From contig OY760686.1 of assembly GCA_963663865.1 (NCBI GenBank), positions 640,001 through 704,000 on the forward strand: 64,000 nucleotides of DNA, read 5' to 3'. The position numbers were made by a program, and so were the translations under genes. How positions within the stretch are numbered: position 1 is the first letter of the stretch; every line of letters begins with the position of its first letter. Below are positions 18,803 through 28,858 of the stretch, one piece after another. Source of the DNA: Spirochaetota bacterium. GTDB taxonomy: Bacteria; Spirochaetota; UBA4802; UBA5550. The notes below the pieces were generated by a model. The model saw nothing but the letters and a program-made list of their open reading frames with translations. It searched no databases and was not told where the DNA came from.

Positions 18803-19450
18803 ATGAAAAGAATTCTGGTTCTCATTTTATTCACTGCAATTGCGGGTACTTTTTCCTGCAAAAAGAATAACCCGGTTGATGCCGTCATCAATGATTATCT
18901 GGGAACACTTAAACTCAACGGCAGCATCGTTAAGGAAAAGGGTATGGCTGTCAAATACGGAGACCGTCTCGAAACGGGCGATAAATCATTCTGCACAATT
19001 ATAGTCGGAGATAAAAACATATTCCGTCTCGGGGCCAATTCAGAGCTGGTTTTCAATGTTTCCAGTGAAAGCAACTCTCTTGACCTTGAAAAGGGCTGGT
19101 TCAGCGGTGTTACCCGCAAGATCTTTACAAAGCAGGCAAATTACCTTGTTAAAAGTCCAACAATCACGGCAAGTATCAGAGGAACGTCGTACTGTGTAAA
19201 GGTTGAGGACAAAAATAATACATACTTTTGTGTCTGTAACGGAACAATCAGCCTGGCTGACCCCCATTCAGGAAACAAGGACAACGTGACTTCATCGCAT
19301 CATACTGCCCGAAGATACAGCAGTGACGGGAAAGGGGAAATCACCGTTGATGAAAATCCCGGAATGCTGTACCATGATGACGCCGGGGTCGAAGCCCTGG
19401 CTGCCGCAATAAACGAGAAGATCGACTGGAGCTCACCTGACAAACATTGA
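18803..19450 (+). CDS. FecR-domain lipoprotein
   Basis: Lipobox TFSC; GDRLETGDKS, RLGANSEL, KSPTITASIRGT typical of FecR/LipL45-like proteins. Confidence 0.8.
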   Translation: MKRILVLILFTAIAGTFSCKKNNPVDAVINDYLGTLKLNGSIVKEKGMAVKYGDRLETGDKSFCTIIVGDKNIFRLGANSELVFNVSSESNSLDLEKGWFSGVTRKIFTKQANYLVKSPTITASIRGTSYCVKVEDKNNTYFCVCNGTISLADPHSGNKDNVTSSHHTARRYSSDGKGEITVDENPGMLYHDDAGVEALAAAINEKIDWSSPDKH

Positions 19451-19669
19451 TTGTGACTGCTGAAGGTCTTTTCTCTATCTAACGCGGTACGGCACACGTT
19501 CGCGGGTCCGTACCGCCGCCCTGTTCCGGTGATATGATATCATTCAGTGATTTCTATTTCAAACTCACCCAATCCCATGTTCTTCACTTTTTAAAAAAAT
19601 ATTGGACTATGCAGCTGAATTATATTTTGTGAATCATGCTGTATATATAGATTCAGAGGATGGGATCGC

Positions 19670-20560
19670 ATGATGAAAAGAACAGTTTTATCGGCCGCGG
19701 CTGTTTATCTTCTCGTTGTATCTGCTGCCGCAGCTGACAGAAGTGTATTTCTTGACACGGCCTATGCCAATCAGAACTATTATCTGACTGACGAACAGAA
19801 GGCGGAGAGATGTCCGGCAGCAAAGCAGTTCTTCGACAGGGCGTACGCTCTGTACAAGCAGAAACAGGATATTGAGGCCGTTGCATGGTATGAAAAGTCT
19901 CTTCAGAAGTATTCTTCACCGGAAACATATTATCACTACGCAAACAGCCTTTCGAATATTGGCGAATTTGAGAATGCTGTAAAGGCTTACTCGGTGAGTG
20001 TTTCGATGAACTTTGACAGGCCTGAACTGGCCTGCTACAACATGGCCTGTTCATACAGCAAATTGAAAAACAAAGCGGCAGCTTACGAACATCTGAAGCT
20101 CGCCTTGCTGAACGGCTATCCTCAGCTGTCATACATCGGCAAAGACCCCGACCTGGCATATATCAGAAAGAGCGAAGATTATAAAACAAAGTATGCCGAA
20201 CTGGAAGGGCTTTATCATAAGGGAAATATTGACTTTGTAAAGGGCAAAAAGCTGGTCCACGAGGTTGCAAGCTCGGAAGACGTCTACTCGTTCAAAACTG
20301 ACGGAACAGTTGAAGTCCGGTTCATGGTTTCTGAGGATATTAACCACAGAAGGACCGGTACTTACACCGTTAAGAACTATATTGTCCACATTCAATGGGA
20401 ATACGAATCCGGTGAAAAGGGAGTCGGCAAACCGGAGAACTGTGCTTCAGCCTGTTTATATTCAAAGTACGAACCATACAGAAAAAAGATCACTCTGCAG
20501 GAAAAGCTGAGATGGACAGTAATCAACTCGGACGAGGATGGCCAATGGAGTTTCAGGTAG
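19670..20560 (+). CDS. Exported TPR protein
   Basis: Signal peptide; TPR helices, YNMACSYS..DPDL end-of-group motif. Confidence 0.8.
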   Translation: MMKRTVLSAAAVYLLVVSAAAADRSVFLDTAYANQNYYLTDEQKAERCPAAKQFFDRAYALYKQKQDIEAVAWYEKSLQKYSSPETYYHYANSLSNIGEFENAVKAYSVSVSMNFDRPELACYNMACSYSKLKNKAAAYEHLKLALLNGYPQLSYIGKDPDLAYIRKSEDYKTKYAELEGLYHKGNIDFVKGKKLVHEVASSEDVYSFKTDGTVEVRFMVSEDINHRRTGTYTVKNYIVHIQWEYESGEKGVGKPENCASACLYSKYEPYRKKITLQEKLRWTVINSDEDGQWSFR

Positions 20561-20609
20561 TCTGCATCTGCGTGCCCATCCCCCGATTGATTGAGAGGAA
20601 ACAAAGCTG

Positions 20610-21701
20610 ATGGAAGTCTCAGCCCATTACTACGGACTGTACGCCATGGCCCTGGCCTGCGGAATAAAAAACAGCACTGCGCGCCGCATTGCCTGCGCTT
20701 CGCAGTACGTGGATGATGCCTTAACAAACACGATTGTTTTCGAAACTGCTGCATCGGACGGCGCCTCAGCCGCTACGGGTCTTGCCTCGTGTCACTCGTA
20801 TTATTCGGTGAAAGACCTGTATCTTGACAACATGATTTTCAACACCTCAGCCTTCCACTTCTTCCCTGGTAACAGGGGCAGCTCCTTCAGTGAAAGGATG
20901 CTTTGCCGCGAAGACCCTCAAATACTGAGAGACCTGATTTCAGAGACCGTTTCTGCCCCCGGGCTTTCCCCCGAGAGACTGGGGATACTGCTTCACGTGT
21001 ATATGGATTCATTCTCCCATCAGGGCTTTTCCGGACTTATGTCGAAGGAAAACGACATAAAGGACCTTGTCCGATACGGTGAGATAAAGGCTTTGTCGAA
21101 GGCCAAGCTCTTTATCAAAAAGACGGTGGACCGTAAGTACAGATATTTCGACCGCTTTGTGCCTGCCTACGGGCACGCCCAGGCCTATCACTATCCGGAC
21201 ATCCCTGATGCTATATGGGGATATGCCTATGACCGTTCAGACGGACTTATTGCTGATGCGGAGGCCGTAAAAATTGACAATGCAGAACGGTACAGAAGGG
21301 CCTTCGCAGCTGTTGCCGGTTTTCTTCAGGGCATTAGTGACAGGAACATGTATTTTTCAGCAGTGAAGACCGATGGCCGCCTTATTGAAGAGGTAATCAG
21401 CCTGATGATCAGAAAGGAGGGCATAAGGCGTAAAAACCGCAGGCTTCTCCGCTTTATGAAAGATCTTCTCGCCCGAAGCGGGGAAAGCCCCGAAGTGCCG
21501 CGATACCGGCGTTCAGACTGGATGAAAGAGACATTCGTGAATTTCAGGAGGTCATGGTCTGACAGCCGTGTTGTGACAGGAGCGGTACCAGCTCCGGAAT
21601 TCGAGAGTACCGCCTGGTTTTTATTTATGCAGGAGATGCAATGGTACCGCGGCGAGTTTGTAAAGCGATTGCGGGAAAGCGGCCTCATCCTGCCGGTATA
21701 A
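20610..21701 (+). CDS. DUF6765-like protein (possible zinc phospholipase C-like fold)
   Basis: HYYG.YAMA, ASQYVDD, FHFFPGN, GILLHVYMDSFSHQGFSG, GHAQA..PD. Confidence 0.65.
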   Translation: MEVSAHYYGLYAMALACGIKNSTARRIACASQYVDDALTNTIVFETAASDGASAATGLASCHSYYSVKDLYLDNMIFNTSAFHFFPGNRGSSFSERMLCREDPQILRDLISETVSAPGLSPERLGILLHVYMDSFSHQGFSGLMSKENDIKDLVRYGEIKALSKAKLFIKKTVDRKYRYFDRFVPAYGHAQAYHYPDIPDAIWGYAYDRSDGLIADAEAVKIDNAERYRRAFAAVAGFLQGISDRNMYFSAVKTDGRLIEEVISLMIRKEGIRRKNRRLLRFMKDLLARSGESPEVPRYRRSDWMKETFVNFRRSWSDSRVVTGAVPAPEFESTAWFLFMQEMQWYRGEFVKRLRESGLILPV

Positions 21702-21799
21702 CGCGGTATAATTTAACCGCAAAGTATCATGGGGGTGATGGGGCAGCATCTTTTCGTCGTCCGCTGTTTTAATTTGCCGAACATTATGACGGTCGTTTT

Positions 21800-23053
21800 T
21801 TATTGAGCGTTGTTCTGACTGTTCATGCAGCACTTTTTGTATTTCAGTCCGCTTCCGCAGGGGCAGGGCCCGTTTCTGCCGGGGCTGTCAGTACTGGAGC
21901 TTTCGGGCAAAGTCTTCTGTGCCGGGTGCGCTGCCCTTTGTTCCTCTTTCCATTTTGCAGCGAGTTTTTTGAACCTCTGATCAGCGTGGCTGAAAAATAT
22001 TTCGTAAGATTCGCAAAGATGGTTCATGTTAAAGCCGTTATGATCTTTGATGCGGTCTTTAAGGCAACCGCCCCGGCATAGTTTGAGCCACTTGCAGCTG
22101 AGACATTTGTTCGGCATGGCTGACTTTTTCGCACCGAAGGCTGTCTGTTCAGGCGAGTTGAGCATGTCCGAAAGAGACTCCGTATTGATATTGCCTAACT
22201 TCAGATGCTCTTCAACAAAGAAGTCGCATGGAAACACGTCACCGTTATGTTCCACAACCACATACAGCCCGCATTCTTTCGCGAAAATACATTCCGGAGG
22301 ATTCATTCCGGCATAGTGATAAAAGATAGAATCAAAGAACCTGATTGAGGTTGAAGGTCGTCCATGTTTGAAATCAGCCAGCCAGCAGTCGAACAGCCTG
22401 CACAGAAAATGACCATAAGCCTTCGGAGGCACACAGAAAGGCGCGGGCATGCCGTCAGGGCCTGTTTCAACGCAGGGAATAAACTGCATGTAATTGAGGC
22501 CCAAGTCTCTGTAGTATGAGTACAGCTCATCGGGGAAGTCCACGGAATAGTCGTTTGCCACACAGAGGGCGTTGACTTCAGCTCCTTCATCAAGCATGAG
22601 CTTCGCATTGTATTCCACTTTTTCCCAGGTTCCAGTGCCCTTAACGCGCGTCTTTCTGTATTTATCGTGTATGTGCCGCGGGCCGTCGAGAGAGAGCCCC
22701 ACAAGAAATTTGTTGTCGCGAAGGAATCGTGCCCATCGGCGGTTTAGGAGGACTCCGTTTGTTTGAAGGCCGTTTGCCACGGTCTGGTCCCTTCCGTACT
22801 TTCGTTCAAGATCGACAGCTTTTTGAAAGAAGTCAAGGCCCATGAGAGTCGGCTCGCCTCCCTGCCAGCCAATGTACGACTGCCTGTCGGTTTGTTCCAT
22901 GAACTGCTTAATAAGGACGTCGAGCGTCTCATCGGACATCCTGTGTGTGGTGCCGGTAAAGAGGTCGGCTTTCTCGTAGTAGAAGCAGTAAGTGCAGGCA
23001 AGGTTGCAGTCAGGCCCGGCCGGCTTAATCAGAATATCTCTAAGTTTTTTCAA
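21800..23053 (-). CDS. Anaerobic sulfatase maturase (radical SAM/SPASM) with C-terminal SEC-C
   Basis: KPAGPDCNLACTYC, WQGGEPTL, SPASM cysteines, GRNGPCPCGSGLKYKKCC; start TTG 23053 preferred over 23113. Confidence 0.93.
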   Translation of the reverse strand: MKKLRDILIKPAGPDCNLACTYCFYYEKADLFTGTTHRMSDETLDVLIKQFMEQTDRQSYIGWQGGEPTLMGLDFFQKAVDLERKYGRDQTVANGLQTNGVLLNRRWARFLRDNKFLVGLSLDGPRHIHDKYRKTRVKGTGTWEKVEYNAKLMLDEGAEVNALCVANDYSVDFPDELYSYYRDLGLNYMQFIPCVETGPDGMPAPFCVPPKAYGHFLCRLFDCWLADFKHGRPSTSIRFFDSIFYHYAGMNPPECIFAKECGLYVVVEHNGDVFPCDFFVEEHLKLGNINTESLSDMLNSPEQTAFGAKKSAMPNKCLSCKWLKLCRGGCLKDRIKDHNGFNMNHLCESYEIFFSHADQRFKKLAAKWKEEQRAAHPAQKTLPESSSTDSPGRNGPCPCGSGLKYKKCCMNSQNNAQ

Positions 23054-23071
23054 ATCAGACCCCTGCGAAAG

Positions 23072-23093
23072 GGCATCCCCATGCGGGGATGCC
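23072..23093. terminator. Hairpin between sulfatase and maturase
   Basis: GGCATCCCC-ATGC-GGGGATGCC perfect 9-bp stem. Confidence 0.5.
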
Positions 23094-23118
23094 AGTTTTC
23101 TCGCGAATAACAACTTTC

Positions 23119-24681
23119 TCAGTCAAACAGCTTCCTGTATTGGTTGTCTATCCTCTTTTTTGTTTCTTCCTCAGTCTCGTTAGACCATCGTGGACGGATG
23201 CCTGACGTAATCTCCGAGTTCAGAGAATCCGCGGCATTCTGTAGTTCACGCACCTTCTGCGGATCGTAATCAGCGATGTTTCGGGTTGAGCTGATATCCT
23301 CGGGAAGATAATAAAGCTCATTGACCTCGTTGCCCTGCTCGTCCTGGAGTTGCAGCTTGTAGCCTGCCGAATCCCTTATTGCCCTGAGAACCTCACCATC
23401 GCCGTCATAGTACAGAAAGTACTTGTGGGGGGATGAAGCCGTTTCAGGATTTTCGACCAGCGTTTTAACCGATTTGCCGTCGATCACAGGGTTCTGTGAA
23501 ATATCAATTCCGGTGTATTCCGCGATTGTAGGCAGAATGTCCATATTTGATGCAAGCCCGTCTGTAACTGTGCCTGCCGGAATAGATTCAGGGAACCTCA
23601 TGATGCAGGGCACCCTCTGGCCGCCCTCATAGGTTTCGCCCTTCCATCCGAACAGTGGCAGCGCGCTTCCGGTGCTTCCGTCTGATGAAGCGCTCCAGTT
23701 GCCCATTGCGTCAGGGGCCATATCGAGTACGAACTTCCATGGGCCGTTATCCGAAGTGTAAATGACTATTGTGTCATCGTCGAGGCCGTTTTCTTCAAGC
23801 GCCGCTAACACCTGCCCTACGGACCAGTCTATCTCCTGAACCGCGTCTCCATAACGGCCGCGCGAGCTTGTGCCTGCCCAGTCGGGGCTGAAGTAGTTGG
23901 GGAAGTGAGGCTGGTTGTGAGCCATGTAAAGGAAGAACGGCCTGCCTTTGTTTTCTTCAATAAATTCAACGGCCTTTTCCGTGTATTTCACGGTCAGATA
24001 TGTCTGGTCGATTCCATAGCTGCCTTCAACGCCTTCATCGATAACGGTTTCATTCTCCATAAGCGGCAGATTAGGCCATGGCCCGCCCAGGTACATCTGA
24101 TAAGGGTGGTCGGGGGTCATGTCGTTGCTGTAAGGAATGCCGTAGTAGGAATCAAATCCCTGTGACGTAGGCAGGACCTCGTTGGGACGCCCGAGATGCC
24201 ATTTACCGATGCACTTGGTTGTATAGTCCCTGCCCTTAAGCATGTCGGCAATTGTTACCTCCGAAGGGTTCATGCCGAACTGGTCGTTTGGGAAGCAAAC
24301 GCCGTTGCCCATTTCGATGCGTTTGGGGTAGCATCCGGTCATGAGTCCCGCCCTTGACGGCGTGCATACGGGTGCAGAGGCGTAAAAGTTTGTAAACTTT
24401 ACGCCTTCATCGGCCAATCCGTCAATATTGGGGGTGCTGATGTCGGTTGATCCGTATGAGCTGAGATCGGCGTATCCCTGATCGTCGGTAAAAATCAGAA
24501 CCACATTAGGGGTTTTTGTGACACCACCGCTTTCTCCGTCATCGCTGCAGGACGTGACAGCTCCGGGCAGGGCAGCTGCCGCGGCGAGAAAAGCTGTCCT
24601 TTTGAACCAGCTTTCTTTGAAAAGCGGCCGGTTCTCTGGACGGCTATGTGCATAGAAGCCGTTTTTGTTTTGATCCTTCAT
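23119..24681 (-). CDS. Cys-type arylsulfatase, lipoprotein
   Basis: PNVVLIFTDDQG, CTPSRAGLMTG, GKWHLG, SDNGP; lipobox VTSC; ATG 24681 with GGAGG RBS. Confidence 0.95.
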   Translation of the reverse strand: MKDQNKNGFYAHSRPENRPLFKESWFKRTAFLAAAAALPGAVTSCSDDGESGGVTKTPNVVLIFTDDQGYADLSSYGSTDISTPNIDGLADEGVKFTNFYASAPVCTPSRAGLMTGCYPKRIEMGNGVCFPNDQFGMNPSEVTIADMLKGRDYTTKCIGKWHLGRPNEVLPTSQGFDSYYGIPYSNDMTPDHPYQMYLGGPWPNLPLMENETVIDEGVEGSYGIDQTYLTVKYTEKAVEFIEENKGRPFFLYMAHNQPHFPNYFSPDWAGTSSRGRYGDAVQEIDWSVGQVLAALEENGLDDDTIVIYTSDNGPWKFVLDMAPDAMGNWSASSDGSTGSALPLFGWKGETYEGGQRVPCIMRFPESIPAGTVTDGLASNMDILPTIAEYTGIDISQNPVIDGKSVKTLVENPETASSPHKYFLYYDGDGEVLRAIRDSAGYKLQLQDEQGNEVNELYYLPEDISSTRNIADYDPQKVRELQNAADSLNSEITSGIRPRWSNETEEETKKRIDNQYRKLFD

Positions 24682-24738
24682 AACATCCTCCTGTGTTATA
24701 AGTGTTGATGTCAGAAACATGACACAGGGAAGCCTGGC

Positions 24739-24757
24739 TGTCGTACGGCCTTATAAG
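24739..24757 (-). promoter_or_regulatory. Putative AraC operator upstream of sulfatase
   Basis: TGTCGTACGGCCTTATAAG, 18/19 identical to 26106-26124. Confidence 0.55.
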
Positions 24758-25983
24758 GAGACACCGTCATTGGGAATTTTTTTTAAAGTTTCGCGGAATT
24801 GTGAAGGGGTCAGGCCGGTATGCTTTTTGAAAAAAACATTGAAGGTGGTTTTGGAATTGAAGCCTGACTCCATGGCTATGTACAGCAGGTTTTTGCTGTC
24901 GATCTGCTTATCGCGGTTCATAATTAGCTCCCTTGCGTACTGAACACGGTAGCTGTTTACGAAGTTGTAAAAATTACGGTTGAGCTTTGAGTTAATTATC
25001 AAAGAAAGGTGGTGCGCCGGAATACCGGTTTTGTCCGAAAGATCTTTAAGCGTAAGAGTACTGGAAAGAAACGGTTTCTCTCTATCCATGTATTCAAGTA
25101 GGGTTTTCAGATGTCTGTTAATATCCTCATCTTTTATCGTGAGCTTCTCGTATTTGGCTTTGTATTTTTCAGCATCTGTTTTCTCTTCCAGCGGTTCAGT
25201 GCCGCCTGAATCCGCAATTTTCAGGTCATAAAATGAGAGAGGCTGATAAAACGTAATGAAGACCGCGGAAAAAACAATGAAATCGATGGAAAAATCCCCG
25301 AGGATTGAAGCGGTAATAAAGAAATTTAAGTCTGTCAGTCCTGCAAGATGTGTCCAGAATCCTGTGTTCCTTGTGATATAATTCGCGAGCATTGAGATCA
25401 GGAAGATATTCAGCCAGAGACTTTTAATTCTGTTGATATTTGAAAAGTTGTTTTTCATTATTCTGTTGAATTTGTATGTATTGACAATAGAGACAATCGT
25501 GTAGATCAAACCTGACGTTATTATTACTGCGACCCAGGAGGTCAAAAAGGGAGTTGTAAAAAAAATTCTGAATGCCCCCTCAGGGGTGGTCGGTGAAGGC
25601 GCCCCGGTTTTTCCGTGTGAATCAATGAAAAATGGGATTACCAAAAACACAAAAAAAGGGAGAAGATGTAACAGATATGCCGGTCTGAGACCTGTTATTC
25701 GGCCGATGACAGATGAAGAATAAAAGAAGATCAGGCAGGGGAGAATCATATTAAACGGCATAACAACCGCGGAGGTTAATGAAAAGACCTTTGCCGCCGC
25801 AGGCGGGAGGGCATGGAAGTTGATTATGGAAAATCCGAGAAGACGGAAATATGAAACAAGAATGAAAAATACTGAAAGCAATATAATCGAAAGGTTTTTT
25901 TTGCGGAACAGGAGAGTGAAGCCGAAAAGGAATCCAAGAAACGAGCTAAGATAATTAACGTGGGATATGATTTCTTTTATCAT
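24751..25983 (-). CDS. Membrane-anchored AraC-family regulator
   Basis: About 7 TM helices then HLSLIIN..NFYNFVNSYRV, ESGFNSKTTFN.FFKK.TGLTP. Confidence 0.92.
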   Translation of the reverse strand: MIKEIISHVNYLSSFLGFLFGFTLLFRKKNLSIILLSVFFILVSYFRLLGFSIINFHALPPAAAKVFSLTSAVVMPFNMILPCLIFFYSSSVIGRITGLRPAYLLHLLPFFVFLVIPFFIDSHGKTGAPSPTTPEGAFRIFFTTPFLTSWVAVIITSGLIYTIVSIVNTYKFNRIMKNNFSNINRIKSLWLNIFLISMLANYITRNTGFWTHLAGLTDLNFFITASILGDFSIDFIVFSAVFITFYQPLSFYDLKIADSGGTEPLEEKTDAEKYKAKYEKLTIKDEDINRHLKTLLEYMDREKPFLSSTLTLKDLSDKTGIPAHHLSLIINSKLNRNFYNFVNSYRVQYARELIMNRDKQIDSKNLLYIAMESGFNSKTTFNVFFKKHTGLTPSQFRETLKKIPNDGVSL

Positions 25984-26105
25984 AATACTATTCGTCTACG
26001 AGGATACCTTTATGAGTGTATATTTTAAAAACGGCCCTTTGTCTATCCAAATACAATATAGCAAACGGGAATTGCGTGATAAAATATACACTGGATAATT
26101 GTATG

Positions 26106-26124
26106 TGTCGTTCGGCCTTATAAG
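26106..26124 (-). promoter_or_regulatory. Putative AraC operator upstream of the regulator
   Basis: TGTCGTTCGGCCTTATAAG, second copy of the motif at 24739. Confidence 0.55.
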
Positions 26125-26161
26125 AACGAACATATTTTTAACAGGACGCCGCACCTGCCCC

Positions 26162-26812
26162 CTAATCCGCGTTGTTCTTCAGCCATTCAAGCCGCCGCTG
26201 GTCCGGAAGATGCTTAACCGTGAAATTCTCAAAGCTTACGTTAAATCCCCTGCCGTCAGGGCTCGCCGCCATCAGTCCGACCATGATCGGACAGTTGTCC
26301 TTCATCCAGGCATTGCGCATCATCGTATATTTTTTACCGTCAAAGGAGTAGAAGACTTCAACGGCGTCGAGCCTCCGGACGGCCTTGATCCAGATTGAGC
26401 TGACCGGTTTTTCAAGGGTTATGACGCTCCAGTCGCTTGTCGTGTGGGTGACAACGGTGCTGAGGTTGTACTTTCCGTCTACGTATTCAATCCCGGCCTT
26501 GATGTAGTTCTCGTGGTCTATCCGTATCATTAAGCCGGCCTGGTCAAAGCGTTCTATGTAGTCTCCGCTTATTCTGACGCTTGCCTCAAATTCACCGCCC
26601 CGCGTTGTGTAAAAAAATGGAGCGTCATCTACCGTGAAGCCGTAATGCGAGATGCGCCAGTAATCGCTTTGCGGGGTAACAAACATCTTCAGCGTATCGC
26701 CCTTGACTTCCCACTTTTCGGGTTCGTTGAACCACTGCATTTTCTCAAGCGACTGTGAGAAAACTGTCTGACCAAGCAGCAGTATCAGAGCGGCAAAGGT
26801 TGTCTTTTTCAT
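26162..26812 (-). CDS. DUF1349 (ConA-like fold) exported protein
   Basis: WFNEP, DYWRISHYGF, FDQAGLM, IKAGIEYVDG, SDWS; signal peptide from ATG 26812. Confidence 0.85.
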   Translation of the reverse strand: MKKTTFAALILLLGQTVFSQSLEKMQWFNEPEKWEVKGDTLKMFVTPQSDYWRISHYGFTVDDAPFFYTTRGGEFEASVRISGDYIERFDQAGLMIRIDHENYIKAGIEYVDGKYNLSTVVTHTTSDWSVITLEKPVSSIWIKAVRRLDAVEVFYSFDGKKYTMMRNAWMKDNCPIMVGLMAASPDGRGFNVSFENFTVKHLPDQRRLEWLKNNAD

Positions 26813-27092
26813 AATGGTCTCCTGAATGTTTATGTGTAGTATGATTAACAAAATTATAATTGATGTCAATTTAAATTTAAACGCAAAAATATTCCGTATT
26901 GCCTGATGCGCTTCCTGACATCCATTGTAAAGCCATTCACATTTATCCCGGGGAAAGGGGGGGTAAAACAGTTAGACAAATAAAACAAAAATAGTTGACA
27001 AAAGGTTGCGTGAAAAGTTGAGGTATTAGAAACGGCTAAGCAAGTTAGTATTGCAATGCTATTCTATTAACTTTTCTTTTTACTGGTGGATT

Positions 27093-27710
27093 ATGTTTGA
27101 GCTGTTAAATCAGGGCGGATGGGTAATGTATGTGATCTTTGCGGCTTCAATTGCTGCGCTGGCCCTCATCCTCGAAAGGGCCCTCTATTTCTACAGGACT
27201 TCGGTCCCATATCATCTTTTCTCCGACCGGTTGCGGTCCGAATCAGAAACCGTCTGTGTCAGTGAAGCTTTACCGGATAGCGGGACTTCTTCAAATTACC
27301 TCGAAAACATTGCCGCGGTTTACAGGGCCAATATTAATAAAGATAGAGTGTTGCTGGAAGAGATCGTCGTTAAAACGGGCGATATGAGCATTAGAAAAAT
27401 GGAGTCCGGAATTTCCGTCATTTCAATGATAGCTGTAATGGCCCCACTTATGGGACTTTTTGGAACGGTGCTCGGGATGATTGACTGCTTCAGGAAGATG
27501 CAGGCAGTGGGCGGGGCGGCGGACATGACAGTCCTTGCCGGAGGTATATGGGAGGCCCTGCTTACAACAGCCTTTGGGCTGCTTGTTGCGATGCCGGCTA
27601 CAGCCGCGGCACACTTCTTCGAGAAGGCAATTGACCGCAGGCAGGAGGACATGAGGCATCTGATTGCCGACCTTGACGCGGTATACGCAAATCGGGAGGA
27701 AGAAAAGTGA
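27093..27710 (+). CDS. exbB: MotA/TolQ/ExbB proton channel
   Basis: GGWVM, APLMGLFGTVLGMI, GIWEALLTTAFGL.VA.P. Confidence 0.93.
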   Translation: MFELLNQGGWVMYVIFAASIAALALILERALYFYRTSVPYHLFSDRLRSESETVCVSEALPDSGTSSNYLENIAAVYRANINKDRVLLEEIVVKTGDMSIRKMESGISVISMIAVMAPLMGLFGTVLGMIDCFRKMQAVGGAADMTVLAGGIWEALLTTAFGLLVAMPATAAAHFFEKAIDRRQEDMRHLIADLDAVYANREEEK

Positions 27711-28105
27711 GAGATTTCAGCCGGAAGAGAACAAGAAAGCATCCGGCCATTAATGTGACCTCCCTGATCGATGTGATGTTTATGCTCGTTCTCTTTTTCA
27801 TGCTCACATCTTCATTTGTAAGGCCTTCAATACGGATAAGCCTTCCCGAGGCTGGAAACAGGGAGAAGACGGAAAAACAGAACCTTGTTGTTTCTGTGTC
27901 CGGCGACGAAAGAGTCTATCTTGACAGCAGAGAGGTCGCCGTTGACTCGCTTGAGGATGAGATCAGGCGGGAGGTCGGCGCGCGCCCCGGAAGCAGGCTT
28001 CTGTTTCAGGGAGATGAAAACATCAGGTACAGCATCTTTGTACGGGTCATGGATATAATGAAAAGGACCGGAGTCAAAGAGGTCAATGTTGTTCATAGAA
28101 ACTGA
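27707..28105 (+). CDS. exbD: ExbD/TolR
   Basis: INVTSLIDVMFMLVLFFM; GTGA overlap with exbB. Confidence 0.93.
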   Translation: MRDFSRKRTRKHPAINVTSLIDVMFMLVLFFMLTSSFVRPSIRISLPEAGNREKTEKQNLVVSVSGDERVYLDSREVAVDSLEDEIRREVGARPGSRLLFQGDENIRYSIFVRVMDIMKRTGVKEVNVVHRN

Positions 28106-28130
28106 ATAAGTGTGAAGGAGGGTGGGAATA

Positions 28131-28733
28131 ATGAATGCTTTCAGGTTAACCGCAATCGCGATGTCGGTTCTTCTGCACGCCGGAGTTCTTCTGGCCATGA
28201 AGGCCAATATTGTCAGAACAGAGGCTCCGCTTGAGGCGGCAAAGTCGAATCAGACATATATAAACTTTTCTGTTGATATGAACTATGAAGGAAGCCGCAG
28301 CCCGGCAAGGCAGGCTGACCGGGGCCGGACTGAGGTAAGGCCGCAAGAAGGAGACCTCTCCGCGGAAAAAGCAAAGGCTATGCCCTCTAAAAACACACGG
28401 CATGCTGGAAGCACAGCACGTTCAGTTTCAGAGGAGCAGATCAAGATATTAAACAACTACTACTCAAAGGTTTTAAAGCGGATACACCGCATGAAGTACT
28501 ATCCGGCTTCGTCCAGGAAGAACAGGGAGCAGGGGACGGTCGCGCTTCGATTCGTGCTTAATCGAAATGGCGAGCTTAAGGGGAATGTAGTGCTTCTTCG
28601 CGAGTGCTCGTACAGAGCCCTGAATACGGCGGGCATTGAGACAATTTTGAAGGCAAGTCCCTTTCCGTCGCTTCCTGAAGACCTTGGTAAGGATGAGCTG
28701 GTCCTGAGCGTCGAGGTTGATTTCGTAATATAG
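28131..28733 (+). CDS. tonB: Energy transducer TonB
   Basis: N-terminal TM SVLLH; C-terminal YP..SR..EQG.V.LRF..G, ASPFP. Confidence 0.88.
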   Translation: MNAFRLTAIAMSVLLHAGVLLAMKANIVRTEAPLEAAKSNQTYINFSVDMNYEGSRSPARQADRGRTEVRPQEGDLSAEKAKAMPSKNTRHAGSTARSVSEEQIKILNNYYSKVLKRIHRMKYYPASSRKNREQGTVALRFVLNRNGELKGNVVLLRECSYRALNTAGIETILKASPFPSLPEDLGKDELVLSVEVDFVI

Positions 28734-28858
28734 CTGCGCCCTGCTGCACGCGGGATTGGCAGCACTCCGCTGCTGGCGGGGAAGGGGCAGAGTTTTCATG
28801 CTGCGAGTTTGCAAAGAGTGTTCTGGAACACTGAATATATATCTTAAGGAGTTAAACA

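Noticed and set aside
19477-19529. ATCTAAC followed by a GCGGTACGG/CCGTACCGC hairpin as attC
   Set aside because: Right end GTTCCGG does not complement R'' and spacing differs from the two good sites; more likely an ordinary hairpin.
26990-27070. Fur box or promoter upstream of exbB
   Set aside because: TTGACA lacks a properly spaced -10, and the AT-rich stretch only weakly resembles the Fur consensus.
28734-28858. Riboswitch (e.g. cobalamin) between tonB and the lipoprotein gene
   Set aside because: GC-rich pairing is present but I could not identify conserved riboswitch boxes.
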